From Eubacteriales bacterium (GTDB lineage: Bacteria; Bacillota; Clostridia; Christensenellales; Aristaeellaceae), in contig JAVBND010000006.1 of the NCBI GenBank assembly GCA_031551775.1, positions 3,748 to 67,747 of the forward strand: a DNA stretch of 64,000 nt. Direction: 5' to 3'. The notes under the pieces were generated by a model, which saw only the letters and a program-made list of their open reading frames with translations, was not told the origin of the DNA and ran no database searches. The translations under genes and the position numbers were made by a program. Below are positions 18,009 to 27,652 of this stretch, in pieces (the first letter of the stretch is position 1; each line of letters opens with the position of its first letter).

Positions 18009-20042
18009 ATGAAAAAAGAACCTCGGCAAAAGCCGTACAAAATCATGTCGATCGATCCGTTCTTGGCGCCTTACAAGCAAGACATCGACCTGCGCACGCA
18101 ACGCTACGCGCAGATTCGAAAGACGCTCCTGGGCGGAAAAATGGACTTGGTCTCGATGGCCAATGGGCACCTGTACTATGGATTCCACCGAACCGAGAGC
18201 GGATGGGTCTATCGGGAGTGGGCGCCCGGCGCCGACCAATTGTTCCTGACAGGGGATTTCAACGGCTGGAACCGGCACAGCCACCCCATGGACAAGGGCG
18301 AGGGCGGCGTATGGACGATTGAGCTTGAGGGCGAAGACGCGCTGAGGCATGGGCAGCGGGTCAAGGTGCACGTGGTGAAAAGCGGCGTGAGCGCCGACCG
18401 CATCCCTGCCTATATTCATCGCGCCGTGCAAAATGAACACCATGATTTTTCCGGCCAGATATGGGCGCCGTCCAAGCCTTTCAAATGGACCGACGGCGGC
18501 TATGCCAAGCGGAAAATCAGCCCGCTGTATATTTATGAGACACACATCGGCATGGCGCAGGAAGATGGGCGCGTGGGAACCTATCAGGAATTCACCGAGC
18601 ATATCCTCCCGCGCATCAAGCAGGAGGGCTACAACACCATCCAACTCATGGCCATCCAGGAACACCCGTACTATGCATCGTTTGGCTATCAGGTGACCAA
18701 TTTCTTTGCCGCGTCAAGCTGGTACGGCGAACCGGAGGACCTGAAGAAGCTGATCAATACCGCACATGAGCTGGACATGATGGTGCTGCTCGACCTTGTG
18801 CATTCTCACGCTTCGATCAACGCCAATGAGGGCCTCAATCAGTTCGACCTGACGGAAGATCAGTACTTCCGCCCGGGCGAGCGGGGCAACCACCCGGCAT
18901 GGGGTTCCAAGCTCTTCAATTACGGCAAGCACGAGGTGATCCACTTCCTGCTGTCAAACGTTAAATACTGGCAGGACGAGTACCATTTTGACGGTTTCCG
19001 CTTCGACGGCATTACCTCAATGATCTATCATGACCACGGACTGGGCGCGGCGTTTGACAGCTACGACAAGTATTTTTCCATGAATACCGATGTCGAAGCC
19101 ATTACCTACCTCCAGCTCGCGAACGAATTGATCCATGAGAACAACGCCTTCGCCGTGACCATTGCCGAGGACATGAGCGGGATGCCCGGCATGTGCGTGC
19201 CGCTGCGCGCGGGCGGAATCGGGTTTGATTACCGTTTGGCCATGGGCGTGCCCGATTACTGGGTCAAGACGCTCAAGATCCCGGACGAGGGATGGGACAT
19301 GCACAGGATGTGGTATGAGCTGACCACGCGCCGCCCACATGAGATGAGCGTTGGATATGCCGAGTCGCATGATCAAGCGCTGGTGGGTGATAAAACGCTG
19401 ATCTTCCAGTTGGCCGATGCCCAGATGTACACCGGCATGAAAAAGGATGACCATTCACTGGTGATCGACCGGGCGATTGCGCTGCACAAGATGATCCGAT
19501 TTGCGACGCTCGCCCTCGCGTCGGAGGCGTACCTGAACTTCATGGGCAACGAGTTCGGGCATCCCGAGTGGATCGATTTTCCGCGTGAAGGCAACGGATG
19601 GTCGTACAAGTACGCCAGACGGCAGTGGTCGTTGGCCGACAACCCCGATCTCAAGTACGATTGGCTTTTGTCCTTTGATCAGGCGATGCTCAAGTTCGCG
19701 CGCAAGTACCGCGTGATGGTCAAGCGCGACCTGATGAATTTGTGGATCGATCAACCGGGGAAGCTCTTGGCGTTTTCAAAGGGCGGACTTCTGTACCTGT
19801 TCAACTTCCATCCCACGGATTCGCAGGAGAAATTCTTCCTGCCCGCGCATACGGTGGGCGAGGGCGAATACCGCGTGGTGTTCGACAGCGATGATGCCCA
19901 GTATGGCGGTCAAGGGCGTATATCGCACGATGCCCTCTACCTGGCTGAACCCCATCAGGGGCGCGGCGTGGGATTTTATGTCTACGCGCCCTGCCGGACA
20001 GTCATGGTACTCAAGAAGATGGGCGAGAAGGAAGAAGCATAA
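18009..20042 (+). CDS. glgB: 1,4-alpha-glucan branching enzyme (GH13_8-like)
   Basis: YREWAPGA, MAIQEHPYYASFGYQVTNFFA, FDGFRFDGITSM, IAEDMSGMP, YAESHDQALVGDKT, MGNEFGHPEWIDFPR. Confidence 0.95.
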   Translation: MKKEPRQKPYKIMSIDPFLAPYKQDIDLRTQRYAQIRKTLLGGKMDLVSMANGHLYYGFHRTESGWVYREWAPGADQLFLTGDFNGWNRHSHPMDKGEGGVWTIELEGEDALRHGQRVKVHVVKSGVSADRIPAYIHRAVQNEHHDFSGQIWAPSKPFKWTDGGYAKRKISPLYIYETHIGMAQEDGRVGTYQEFTEHILPRIKQEGYNTIQLMAIQEHPYYASFGYQVTNFFAASSWYGEPEDLKKLINTAHELDMMVLLDLVHSHASINANEGLNQFDLTEDQYFRPGERGNHPAWGSKLFNYGKHEVIHFLLSNVKYWQDEYHFDGFRFDGITSMIYHDHGLGAAFDSYDKYFSMNTDVEAITYLQLANELIHENNAFAVTIAEDMSGMPGMCVPLRAGGIGFDYRLAMGVPDYWVKTLKIPDEGWDMHRMWYELTTRRPHEMSVGYAESHDQALVGDKTLIFQLADAQMYTGMKKDDHSLVIDRAIALHKMIRFATLALASEAYLNFMGNEFGHPEWIDFPREGNGWSYKYARRQWSLADNPDLKYDWLLSFDQAMLKFARKYRVMVKRDLMNLWIDQPGKLLAFSKGGLLYLFNFHPTDSQEKFFLPAHTVGEGEYRVVFDSDDAQYGGQGRISHDALYLAEPHQGRGVGFYVYAPCRTVMVLKKMGEKEEA

Positions 20043-20050
20043 ACCATACA

Positions 20051-20092
20051 AAAGCGCGCCGCGGCCCTTTGCAATCGCGGCGCGTTTCATTT
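20051..20092 (+). terminator. Terminator after glgB
   Basis: AAAGCGCGCCGCG / CGCGGCGCGTTT inverted repeat with a T-rich tail. Confidence 0.6.
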
Positions 20093-20120
20093 GAACGACA
20101 CAAGCCTGGGAGGTTATAGG

Positions 20121-21032
20121 ATGAACGCAATAGAAATCAGCAATTTGACCAAGTTTTATGGGAAGCACAAGGGCGTCGAGGCGGTCAATTTGACCGTCGG
20201 GCAAGGCGAGGTATTTGGATTTATCGGACCAAACGGCGCCGGAAAGTCCACGACCATTCGCTCAATGCTCGCGCTCATCTATCCGACCAGCGGCCGCATT
20301 TCCATCTTTGGGCGCGATGCGATCAAGTGCGCGAGCGAGCTTGCCCAGCGCATCGGATACTTGCCCGGGGAGGTGTTTTATTACGATGGCATGAGGGTCG
20401 GCGAACTGCTGAACTACGCGGCTTCTTTCTACCGAAAGGATTGCCGCGCGCGCGGCAGGTATTTGTGCGAGGCACTGGAACTTGATCCTTCCCGCAAAAT
20501 CGAGGACCTATCCTACGGAAACCGCAAAAAGGTGGGCATCGTGCAGGGGCTCATGCACGAACCGGAGCTGATTTTGCTGGACGAGCCGACGGGCGGGCTT
20601 GATCCGCTCATGCAAAACCGGTTCTTCGACCTCATTCGCGCGGAAAACCAAAAGGGCGCGACCGTGTTCTTCTCTTCGCATATCTTGTCGGAGGTTCAAA
20701 AGATGTGTTCGCGCGTGGCGCTCATCAAGGACGGCACCGTGCGCTTGGTCGGGACCATGGGTGAATTTTCGCACAGCTACAAAAAAGTGTCCATCGAGTC
20801 AGATCAGATGATTGACCAGGCGACGATTGCGCTTGCGGGCGCAACCGCGTTCAACGCGGAAAACGGGCGCGTGTCGTTTGTGTACAAGGGGCAGCTTGAC
20901 CAACTGACCAAGCGCCTTGCCGGATTGCCGCTCAAGGATCTGGCAATTGCGGAGCCTGATCTTGAAGAGATATTCCTGAATTACTACGAGCGCGAGGGGG
21001 AGGGCGGGTCAAGTGAACGTATACCTTCATGA
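20121..21032 (+). CDS. ABC-2 type exporter ATP-binding protein
   Basis: GPNGAGKST, LSYGNRKK, LLDEPTGGLDP, FSSHILSEV. Confidence 0.93.
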   Translation: MNAIEISNLTKFYGKHKGVEAVNLTVGQGEVFGFIGPNGAGKSTTIRSMLALIYPTSGRISIFGRDAIKCASELAQRIGYLPGEVFYYDGMRVGELLNYAASFYRKDCRARGRYLCEALELDPSRKIEDLSYGNRKKVGIVQGLMHEPELILLDEPTGGLDPLMQNRFFDLIRAENQKGATVFFSSHILSEVQKMCSRVALIKDGTVRLVGTMGEFSHSYKKVSIESDQMIDQATIALAGATAFNAENGRVSFVYKGQLDQLTKRLAGLPLKDLAIAEPDLEEIFLNYYEREGEGGSSERIPS

Positions 21033-21807
21033 GGTGCGCCAAGGGCTTAAATCAGCCGCCGCTTGGGCTCTTTCGCTCGCCGCGGCGGGCGCGTTTTTAC
21101 TTTCCATGTACCCGATATTTGAGCGGGAAATGGAAGCCCTGATGGATATCCTGCGCCATTACCCGCCGGCGGCGCTCAAGGCGCTGGGGCTGACCGAGAG
21201 CGGACTCAACACATTCAACGGTTATTACAGCTTCGTCGTGGTGTACCCGATCCTTTGCGCGACGATTGCGGCGCTGGGCATAGGCGCGGGCATCATCGGC
21301 AAGGAAGGCGCGCGGGGAACCGAGGATTTTCTTTTCACGCGGCCCATGAGCCGGATGAAAATCCTTGTTTCCAAGTACATCGCGGCTCTGACGCTGCTGC
21401 TCCTTGTCGCCATTGTTTATATCGGCACGGTTACATTTGTTGCGCGCTTTACGGTTCAAACGCTCGATATGAAGACATTTGGACTCATGAACACATCGTT
21501 TGCGCTGACCAGCGTCATGAGCCTGTCGGTCGGTTTCGCGATAGGCTGCTTCGCGCGCCGCGTCAAGTCGCCGGGAACGCTGGCGATCGCTCTGGGCGCG
21601 CTGTTCTTCTCGCTTTGGATGGTGGACAATTTGAGCGATGAGCGTATATTTGCCTTTCTTACGCCGATGGGGTACCTAAACCCGACCTACATTGTGATAC
21701 ATTCCGCCTTTGATCCGGGCATGCTGGCCGCGCTCGTCACGCTGACTGTGGCATTGGCGGCGCTTGGGTGCTGGCGATATCAAAGGCGTGACTTGAAGGC
21801 GGCATAG
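21013..21807 (+). CDS. ABC-2 type exporter permease
   Basis: About 6 TM segments, IGKE..RGTEDFLFTRPMSR motif. Confidence 0.88.
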   Translation: MNVYLHEVRQGLKSAAAWALSLAAAGAFLLSMYPIFEREMEALMDILRHYPPAALKALGLTESGLNTFNGYYSFVVVYPILCATIAALGIGAGIIGKEGARGTEDFLFTRPMSRMKILVSKYIAALTLLLLVAIVYIGTVTFVARFTVQTLDMKTFGLMNTSFALTSVMSLSVGFAIGCFARRVKSPGTLAIALGALFFSLWMVDNLSDERIFAFLTPMGYLNPTYIVIHSAFDPGMLAALVTLTVALAALGCWRYQRRDLKAA

Positions 21808-21819
21808 GAGGAATGCGCG

Positions 21820-22611
21820 ATGATCAAAGTAGCTTTGCGGGAAATCCGGCGCGACGAGCGCTCGTTTCTATTTTGGACGCTGGGCGTGCTGTTCTTGATC
21901 GTGGCGACGGTCGCAAAGACGGGCGCGATGATGGAGGACGGCGCTGTGGGCCTGACCGGCATGATCATGATCATGCCCAAGGTGCTTCAGAACCTGTTTG
22001 GCTTGGGCGTAGTGGACCTGTCAAAACCCATTGGCCTGTTTGCCATGATCCTTCTCTACATCGCGATGATCGTGTGCTATCACGCAGCTTCCCTTGGCGC
22101 GGGCGCGTTTGCGCGTGAGGAACGGGACAGGACGTTTGAGTTCCTCTACGTGCGCCCGATTGGGCGGGGCGGTATCCTCCTGGGCAAGGTCCTGGCGGGG
22201 TTCGTTGAGCTCGTTGCGCTCAACTTGATCGCTTTTGCCGCATGCGGTTTTTCAATCTCCTTTATGGGCGGAGAAACCGGAAATCTCGATCAGATGTTCC
22301 TGGGGCTTTTGATCATGCAGGTTTTTTTCTATGCGGCAGGGTTGCTCGCGTCCCTTTCGGTGCGCACAATGAAGCTGGCGGTGAGCATATCTTCCGCTCT
22401 TGTGACCGCGCTGTTTTTGCTGGCCATGGCGGTCGATCTGGCGCCAGTCATAGGGTTCTTGGGTGTACTGACACCCTTCAAGGCTTTTGACGCCAAGCTG
22501 ATTTATCAAAGCGGCATCAATGCACCTGCCTGCGCCGCCTGGATCGCACTTGCTGTCCTGCTGAACGCGCTGTCGTTTGCCTTGCACAGGAGGCGCGATT
22601 TGCATACCTGA
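21820..22611 (+). CDS. ABC-2 type exporter permease (second subunit)
   Basis: FAREERDRTFEFLYVRPIGR motif, TM segments, C-terminal RRDL. Confidence 0.88.
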   Translation: MIKVALREIRRDERSFLFWTLGVLFLIVATVAKTGAMMEDGAVGLTGMIMIMPKVLQNLFGLGVVDLSKPIGLFAMILLYIAMIVCYHAASLGAGAFAREERDRTFEFLYVRPIGRGGILLGKVLAGFVELVALNLIAFAACGFSISFMGGETGNLDQMFLGLLIMQVFFYAAGLLASLSVRTMKLAVSISSALVTALFLLAMAVDLAPVIGFLGVLTPFKAFDAKLIYQSGINAPACAAWIALAVLLNALSFALHRRRDLHT

Positions 22612-22702
22612 CAAAAATGGCGATGAGCCCGGACGGCTTTCTTTATACCGTCTATATGGTTTTTAAACGCGATGTATGATAGAATACCGGTGGGTGAAGC
22701 GG

Positions 22703-23779
22703 ATGGGCGTGTTGAGCAAATTTATGGGCAGGCTGAGCTGGCGGGACGGCTGCATTTCGTTTTTGATCATGGCGGGCGCCATCGCATGTTGCTTTTTTTT
22801 GCGGATGCTCGCTGACGGCAATATTTACGTTTCCATGGTTTTCGTCCTGGCGGTTCTCTTGATCGCGCGAACGACCGATGGATATTTTTGGGGTATTCTC
22901 GCTTCGGTTGTGAGTGTTTTTGCCGTCAACTATGTGTTTACATACCCCTATTTCGCATTGAACTTTACAATATCGGGCTATCCGGTGACCTTCATCAGCA
23001 TGCTGGTGGTTTCAATTTTGACCTCCGCCATGACCACCCAGATCAAGCAGCAGGAGCGGGTACGAAGAGCTGCCGAACGCGAGCGGATTCGCGGCGATTT
23101 GTTGCGCGCCATATCGCATGACCTGAGAACACCGCTGACCTCCATCTTGGGCGCATCGAGCGCGATGCTTGAAAACGACGAGCATATTGATGCGCAAAGG
23201 CGTCACGAGCTGCTTTCGGAGATATGCGAAGACGCCAATTGGCTGATCCGCATGGTTGAAAATCTCTTGTCCATTACACGCATCGATGATTCGGTCAAGC
23301 GCATTCGCAAGCAAGCCGAACCCGCCGAGGACGTGGTGGGCGAAGCGCTTCAGAAATTCAAGAAGCGCTACCCAAGGGCTGAAGTGGACGTATGCGTGCC
23401 GGATGAGCTCTTGATGGTGCCAATGGACCCGCTGCTCATCGAGCAGGTGCTGATCAATCTGCTGGAAAACGCGGTGCGACACGGCAAGACCACGCGGCGA
23501 ATCTCACTTTCCGTTGTGAGGGACGAGGATCGGGCGCGGTTTGAAGTGGCGGACGACGGGATGGGAATCCAGCGGGAACTGATGGATACCCTGTTTGAAG
23601 GGTGCTTGGGCCGCACCGACCGCTCAAGCGACGGCGCGCGCGGGATGGGCATCGGCCTTTCGGTCTGCATGTCGATCATCAAGGCGCACGGCGGCCAAAT
23701 GGACGCGGAAAATCTCAAAGAAGGCGGAGCAAAGTTCTGGTTTACACTGCCGCTGGAGGAGGACAAATATGAGCAATAA
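22703..23779 (+). CDS. KdpD-like sensor histidine kinase, short form (4-TM DUF4118 + HisKA + HATPase)
   Basis: 4 TMs, ISHDLRTPL H-box, NLLENA N-box, DDG.GI, G.GLSVC. Lacks the long cytoplasmic KdpD N-terminal/USP region. Confidence 0.85.
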   Translation: MGVLSKFMGRLSWRDGCISFLIMAGAIACCFFLRMLADGNIYVSMVFVLAVLLIARTTDGYFWGILASVVSVFAVNYVFTYPYFALNFTISGYPVTFISMLVVSILTSAMTTQIKQQERVRRAAERERIRGDLLRAISHDLRTPLTSILGASSAMLENDEHIDAQRRHELLSEICEDANWLIRMVENLLSITRIDDSVKRIRKQAEPAEDVVGEALQKFKKRYPRAEVDVCVPDELLMVPMDPLLIEQVLINLLENAVRHGKTTRRISLSVVRDEDRARFEVADDGMGIQRELMDTLFEGCLGRTDRSSDGARGMGIGLSVCMSIIKAHGGQMDAENLKEGGAKFWFTLPLEEDKYEQ

Positions 23780-24485
23780 ACAAATGATTCTGGTGGTTGA
23801 GGACGAGCACAACATTCTAAGCTTTATTAAGACCATCCTGAACGCCAACAATTACAAAGTGATCGAGGCCCGGGACGGCAAGCAGGCATTGCAAATGATT
23901 GCTTCGCACTGCCCGGATATGGTGATTCTTGACCTTGGGCTGCCCGATATGGACGGGCTTATGATCATCCGGCAAGTGCGTACCTGGTCAAGACTCCCTA
24001 TTTTGGTCGTTTCGGCGCGCGACCGCGAGCGCGACAAGGTGGAGGCATTGGACTTGGGTGCGGACGACTATATCACCAAGCCATTTGGCACCAGCGAGCT
24101 GCTCGCGCGCATCCGCACCGCGCTTCGCCACACGCAGGGCGATATCACGGCCACCACGGACGCGTTTGAATGCGGCGGCCTGCGCATAGACTTTTTCAAG
24201 CGCCGCGTCTCGGTGGACGGGCTGGAAGCCCATCTGACGCAAAACGAGTACAAGATTGTGACACTGCTTGCCAAGTACGCCGGGCGCGTGCTCACGTATG
24301 ACTTTATCATCCAGCAAGTGTGGGGCCCGCACGCGCAGCGCGACAACCAGATCCTGCGCGTAAACATGGCCAACATCAGGCGCAAACTTGAAAAAAACCC
24401 GGCCACGCCCACCTACATCATCACCGAAATCGGCGTGGGATATCGAATGGCGGAAGGCGATGCCGAAAGCGAGCGCGGCGAATGA
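23769..24485 (+). CDS. KdpE-like response regulator (OmpR family)
   Basis: ILVVEDE, ILDLGLPDMDG, GADDYITKPF, LRVNMANIRRKLE.NP..P.YI.TE.GVGYR. Confidence 0.9.
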   Translation: MSNKQMILVVEDEHNILSFIKTILNANNYKVIEARDGKQALQMIASHCPDMVILDLGLPDMDGLMIIRQVRTWSRLPILVVSARDRERDKVEALDLGADDYITKPFGTSELLARIRTALRHTQGDITATTDAFECGGLRIDFFKRRVSVDGLEAHLTQNEYKIVTLLAKYAGRVLTYDFIIQQVWGPHAQRDNQILRVNMANIRRKLEKNPATPTYIITEIGVGYRMAEGDAESERGE

Positions 24486-24511
24486 GCAAGGGACTTATCA
24501 GAAAAGAGTGG

Positions 24512-26041
24512 ATGAGAAAAGACCGAACGGTTTTGAAAGAGCGCACGCGTGAATCGCTTTCATCGGTGCTGCCGGTCACGGCGATCATGCTGGTTTTGTA
24601 TCTGACGGTCGCGCCGGTGACGGGCAGCGTGCTTTTGATGTTTTTATTGGGTTCGGTGTTGCTGGTCGTGGGGATGGGGCTGTTTACGCTGGGCGCCGAA
24701 ATGAGCATGACGCCCATGGGCGAATACGTTGGCGCGCACACCACGCGCATGGGAAAGCTTGCCCCGGCGCTGCTCACATGCCTGTTTGTCGGCATCATCA
24801 TCACGGTTTCCGAACCCGACCTATCCGTACTCGCGAACCAAGTGCCCATGATTCCCAATCCTGCGCTGATCATCACCGTAGGCGTGGGCGTGGGCGTTTT
24901 TTTGTTGATCGCGTTCCTTCGCATGTTGTTTAGAATCCGCCTCAGGTACCTGCTGCTTGGGTTTTATGCGATCATATTTGCCCTTGGTTTCCTCGTGCCG
25001 CGCGAGTTTTTGCCGGTGGCGTTTGACTCGGGCGGCGTGACGACCGGGCCTATGACGGTGCCGTTCATTATGGCGCTCGGCGTAGGCATTGGCGCCATGC
25101 GGAGCGATACCAAGGCGGAAGAGGATAGTTTTGGCCTGGTCGCGCTGTGCTCGATCGGTCCGATCCTGGCGGTTTCGATTCTCGGCATCGTGTTTAGGGG
25201 CGGCGAGACCGCCTATTCGCCGGTTGAGATTCAGGCGATCGACAACTCACGCGAATTGATTGCGGTATTCTTGCGCGCGCTTCCATACCATTTCAAGGAA
25301 GTCGCGATTGCGATGGGGCCGATCATCGTGTATTTTGCTCTATTACAGGCGATTTCCCTGAAGTTGAGCCGTCGGACGGTCGCGCGGTTGGCTGTCGGGT
25401 TTGCGTATACGTTCCTGGGCCTTGCGCTGTTCTTGACCGGCGTCAACGTGGGGTTTTTACCCGCAGGATATCAGCTTGGCCGCGTTATGGGTGCGCTTGA
25501 CTTTCATTGGCTGTTGGTTCCGGTGGGCATGCTGGTGGGTTATTTCATTGTGGCGGCGGAACCGGCGGTGTACGTGCTCAACAAACAGGTTGAGGAATTG
25601 ACCAGCGGCGCGATTCCTCAAAAGGCGATGAAGCGCTCGCTGTCCATCGGCGTATGCGTATCGGTGGGGCTGGCGATGATTCGGGTGCTTACGGGGCTTC
25701 CCATCATGTGCCTGCTCATTCCGGGCTATGCGCTGGCACTGGCTTTGACTTTTTTTGTGCCGGACATGTTTACCGGCGTGGCGTTTGACTCGGGCGGCGT
25801 GGCGTCGGGCCCGATGACCGCGACCTTCCTGCTTCCATTTGCCATGGGGGCCTCGGAAGCGGTAGGCGGCAACATCGTCGAAGACGCGTTCGGCATTGTG
25901 GCGATGGTGGCGATGACGCCGCTCATCACCATACAGGCGCTTGGGGTATACTATCAATGGAAACTCAGGCGCGCGCCGACAGTTGCCCCGGATACGGCGC
26001 AGGCACAGCTCGATGCGGGAAGCGATATCGTGGACGTGTGA
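24512..26041 (+). CDS. DUF1538 family membrane protein (two tandem DUF1538 domains)
   Basis: Two copies each of (S/A)EP and AFDSGGV(TT/AS)GPMT motifs; very hydrophobic. Confidence 0.85.
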   Translation: MRKDRTVLKERTRESLSSVLPVTAIMLVLYLTVAPVTGSVLLMFLLGSVLLVVGMGLFTLGAEMSMTPMGEYVGAHTTRMGKLAPALLTCLFVGIIITVSEPDLSVLANQVPMIPNPALIITVGVGVGVFLLIAFLRMLFRIRLRYLLLGFYAIIFALGFLVPREFLPVAFDSGGVTTGPMTVPFIMALGVGIGAMRSDTKAEEDSFGLVALCSIGPILAVSILGIVFRGGETAYSPVEIQAIDNSRELIAVFLRALPYHFKEVAIAMGPIIVYFALLQAISLKLSRRTVARLAVGFAYTFLGLALFLTGVNVGFLPAGYQLGRVMGALDFHWLLVPVGMLVGYFIVAAEPAVYVLNKQVEELTSGAIPQKAMKRSLSIGVCVSVGLAMIRVLTGLPIMCLLIPGYALALALTFFVPDMFTGVAFDSGGVASGPMTATFLLPFAMGASEAVGGNIVEDAFGIVAMVAMTPLITIQALGVYYQWKLRRAPTVAPDTAQAQLDAGSDIVDV

Positions 26042-26050
26042 GGTATTTGA

Positions 26051-26737
26051 ATGAACCATGTGCAGTTGGTGGTCGTGGTAACGGGCAGAGAATTGGAAGA
26101 GGAATTTGACCAATGCTTCCACAAGCAGGGGTTGCCCGTCGTGCTCTCAAGCCTGGGCCATGGAACGGTGCCGCCGGGGATCCTTGACCTCATGGGCCTT
26201 GCGAATTCGGAGAAAGCGGTGATGTTCGCCCTTGGCGAGCGGTCGGCCGCTCGGCGCGCCATGCGCGCGCTGACGGAGATGCATGGGCTGAACCTGCCCG
26301 GGCGCGGCATTGCATTTGCCTTGCCCGTTGCGAGCCTTGACCGGGCCTTGGCGGCCCAGACCGGCGCTTGCGCCGTCAAACAGGAGGAAGAAGAGATGGA
26401 AACGCCCTATGAGCTGATCCTATCGATCATTCAAAAGGGGAACAGCGAGCATGTCATGGATGCGGCGCGTTCGGCCGGGGCGACGGGCGGGACGATTCTT
26501 CACGCCAAAGGCACCGGCGTCACAGGCGCGCGGAAATTCTTCGGCATGTCGCTGGCCGATGAGCGGGAGATGGTGTTCATCGTGGTCCCGCAGGAGGACA
26601 AGGCGCAGGTGATGCGCGCGATCATTAGGGACGCGGGTGCAAACAGCCCCGCGCAGGCTTTGGTGCTTTCGCTGCCGATCACCGAAGCCGCAGGATTGCA
26701 CGGCGTGGCGCAAGCCGAGGAAAAGAGGGCGGAATAG
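26051..26737 (+). CDS. PII-like (GlnB superfamily) protein with two tandem domains
   Basis: VMDAARSAGATGGTILHAKGTG T-loop motif in the second domain; G.GT and PGRGIAFALPV in the first. Confidence 0.8.
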   Translation: MNHVQLVVVVTGRELEEEFDQCFHKQGLPVVLSSLGHGTVPPGILDLMGLANSEKAVMFALGERSAARRAMRALTEMHGLNLPGRGIAFALPVASLDRALAAQTGACAVKQEEEEMETPYELILSIIQKGNSEHVMDAARSAGATGGTILHAKGTGVTGARKFFGMSLADEREMVFIVVPQEDKAQVMRAIIRDAGANSPAQALVLSLPITEAAGLHGVAQAEEKRAE

Positions 26738-26748
26738 AGGCGCGCGTC

Positions 26749-26777
26749 TTGAAAAATGCGTCGATGTATGCTATAGT
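26749..26777 (+). promoter_or_regulatory. sigmaA promoter of the THF riboswitch-folT leader
   Basis: TTGAAA-17-(TGC)TATAGT. Confidence 0.7.
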
Positions 26778-26793
26778 ATCGCTACTATCATAA

Positions 26794-26894
26794 AACAGAG
26801 TAGGGGATCGCGCGTTAAGTGTTCGCCGGACGGGGAGTTGCCGGCGGAACGAAAAGCCTGATGGCTTGCGGTGCGGTTTTCGCATCCCGCTGTT
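26794..26894 (+). ncRNA. Tetrahydrofolate (THF) riboswitch
   Basis: Conserved elements in order: AGAGTAG..GCGTTAAGTG..ACGGG.AGTTG..ACGAAAAG..GCGGT..GCATCC.GC; closing stem AACAG/CTGTT; sits upstream of a folate ECF S-component gene. Confidence 0.92.
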
Positions 26895-27002
26895 GCATAA
26901 TGGATAGGCAATCGTTGATCGGGCTGGTTGGCGATTCCCTACGAATACCACTATGGAACACGGTATCTATGATAGGATATTGGGTGAAGGAGTGGTATTT
27001 CT

Positions 27003-27593
27003 ATGCTCAAAGGGATCGGTCTGCCTGTGAACCGGGATGGGGTTCGCGCGTTTTTTTCGCTTCAGAATGTGTTTACCACGAGGAACATCATCCTCATGGG
27101 ATTGATGCTGGCGATCGGCGCGGTGCTCAGCCGGTTCAGCATCTACATCACCCCCACGTTCAAGGCGGTCAGTTTTGCCTACCTGCCCGGCACCGTTGTG
27201 GCCTGCCTTATGGGGCCGTGGGCGGCGCTTGCGTATGGGTTTATCAACGACTTTATCGCCTATATCGTCAATCCCCAAGGCCCATATTTTCCGTTTTACG
27301 CAATCAGCGAAATGACCGCGTATTTTATCTACGCATGCCTAATGTACAGGCAGCGCGTCACGTACTTGCGCGCCTTGATCGCGCGGGCGCTGATCCTCAT
27401 TGTCGTGGTGTTCGGGCTCAATTACGTGTGGACGATGATGATGTACGGCACGGCGGCCAGCGCATACTTTACCGGAGTGCGTTTCATCAACAACCTCGGA
27501 CAGATGCCCTTCCATGCGCTGCTCATTACGCTGGTCATCCGTCAGCTTGGGATGATCAAGGCGCTTCCGGCGGCGGGGAAGCGCGGGGAATAG
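27003..27593 (+). CDS. folT: Folate ECF transporter S component
   Basis: Hydrophobic ~196 aa protein, SFAYLP....LMGP, P.GPYFP; lies under a THF riboswitch. Confidence 0.88.
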   Translation: MLKGIGLPVNRDGVRAFFSLQNVFTTRNIILMGLMLAIGAVLSRFSIYITPTFKAVSFAYLPGTVVACLMGPWAALAYGFINDFIAYIVNPQGPYFPFYAISEMTAYFIYACLMYRQRVTYLRALIARALILIVVVFGLNYVWTMMMYGTAASAYFTGVRFINNLGQMPFHALLITLVIRQLGMIKALPAAGKRGE

Positions 27594-27604
27594 GAGGGCA
27601 GGTT

Positions 27605-27652
27605 ATGCGCCTGATTGAGCTGGACGCGGAATTGGTGGTGGAGGGAATTTGA
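27605..27652 (+). other. 15-codon mini-ORF MRLIELDAELVVEGI with a strong RBS, TGATG-coupled to thpR
   Basis: AGGAGG upstream of the ATG at 27605; its TGA overlaps the thpR ATG. Confidence 0.35.

Noticed and set aside
26819-27652. 277-aa plus-strand ORF spanning the riboswitch and folT
   Set aside because: It overlaps a conserved RNA element and the real folT frame; only its last 15 codons have an RBS (reported separately)
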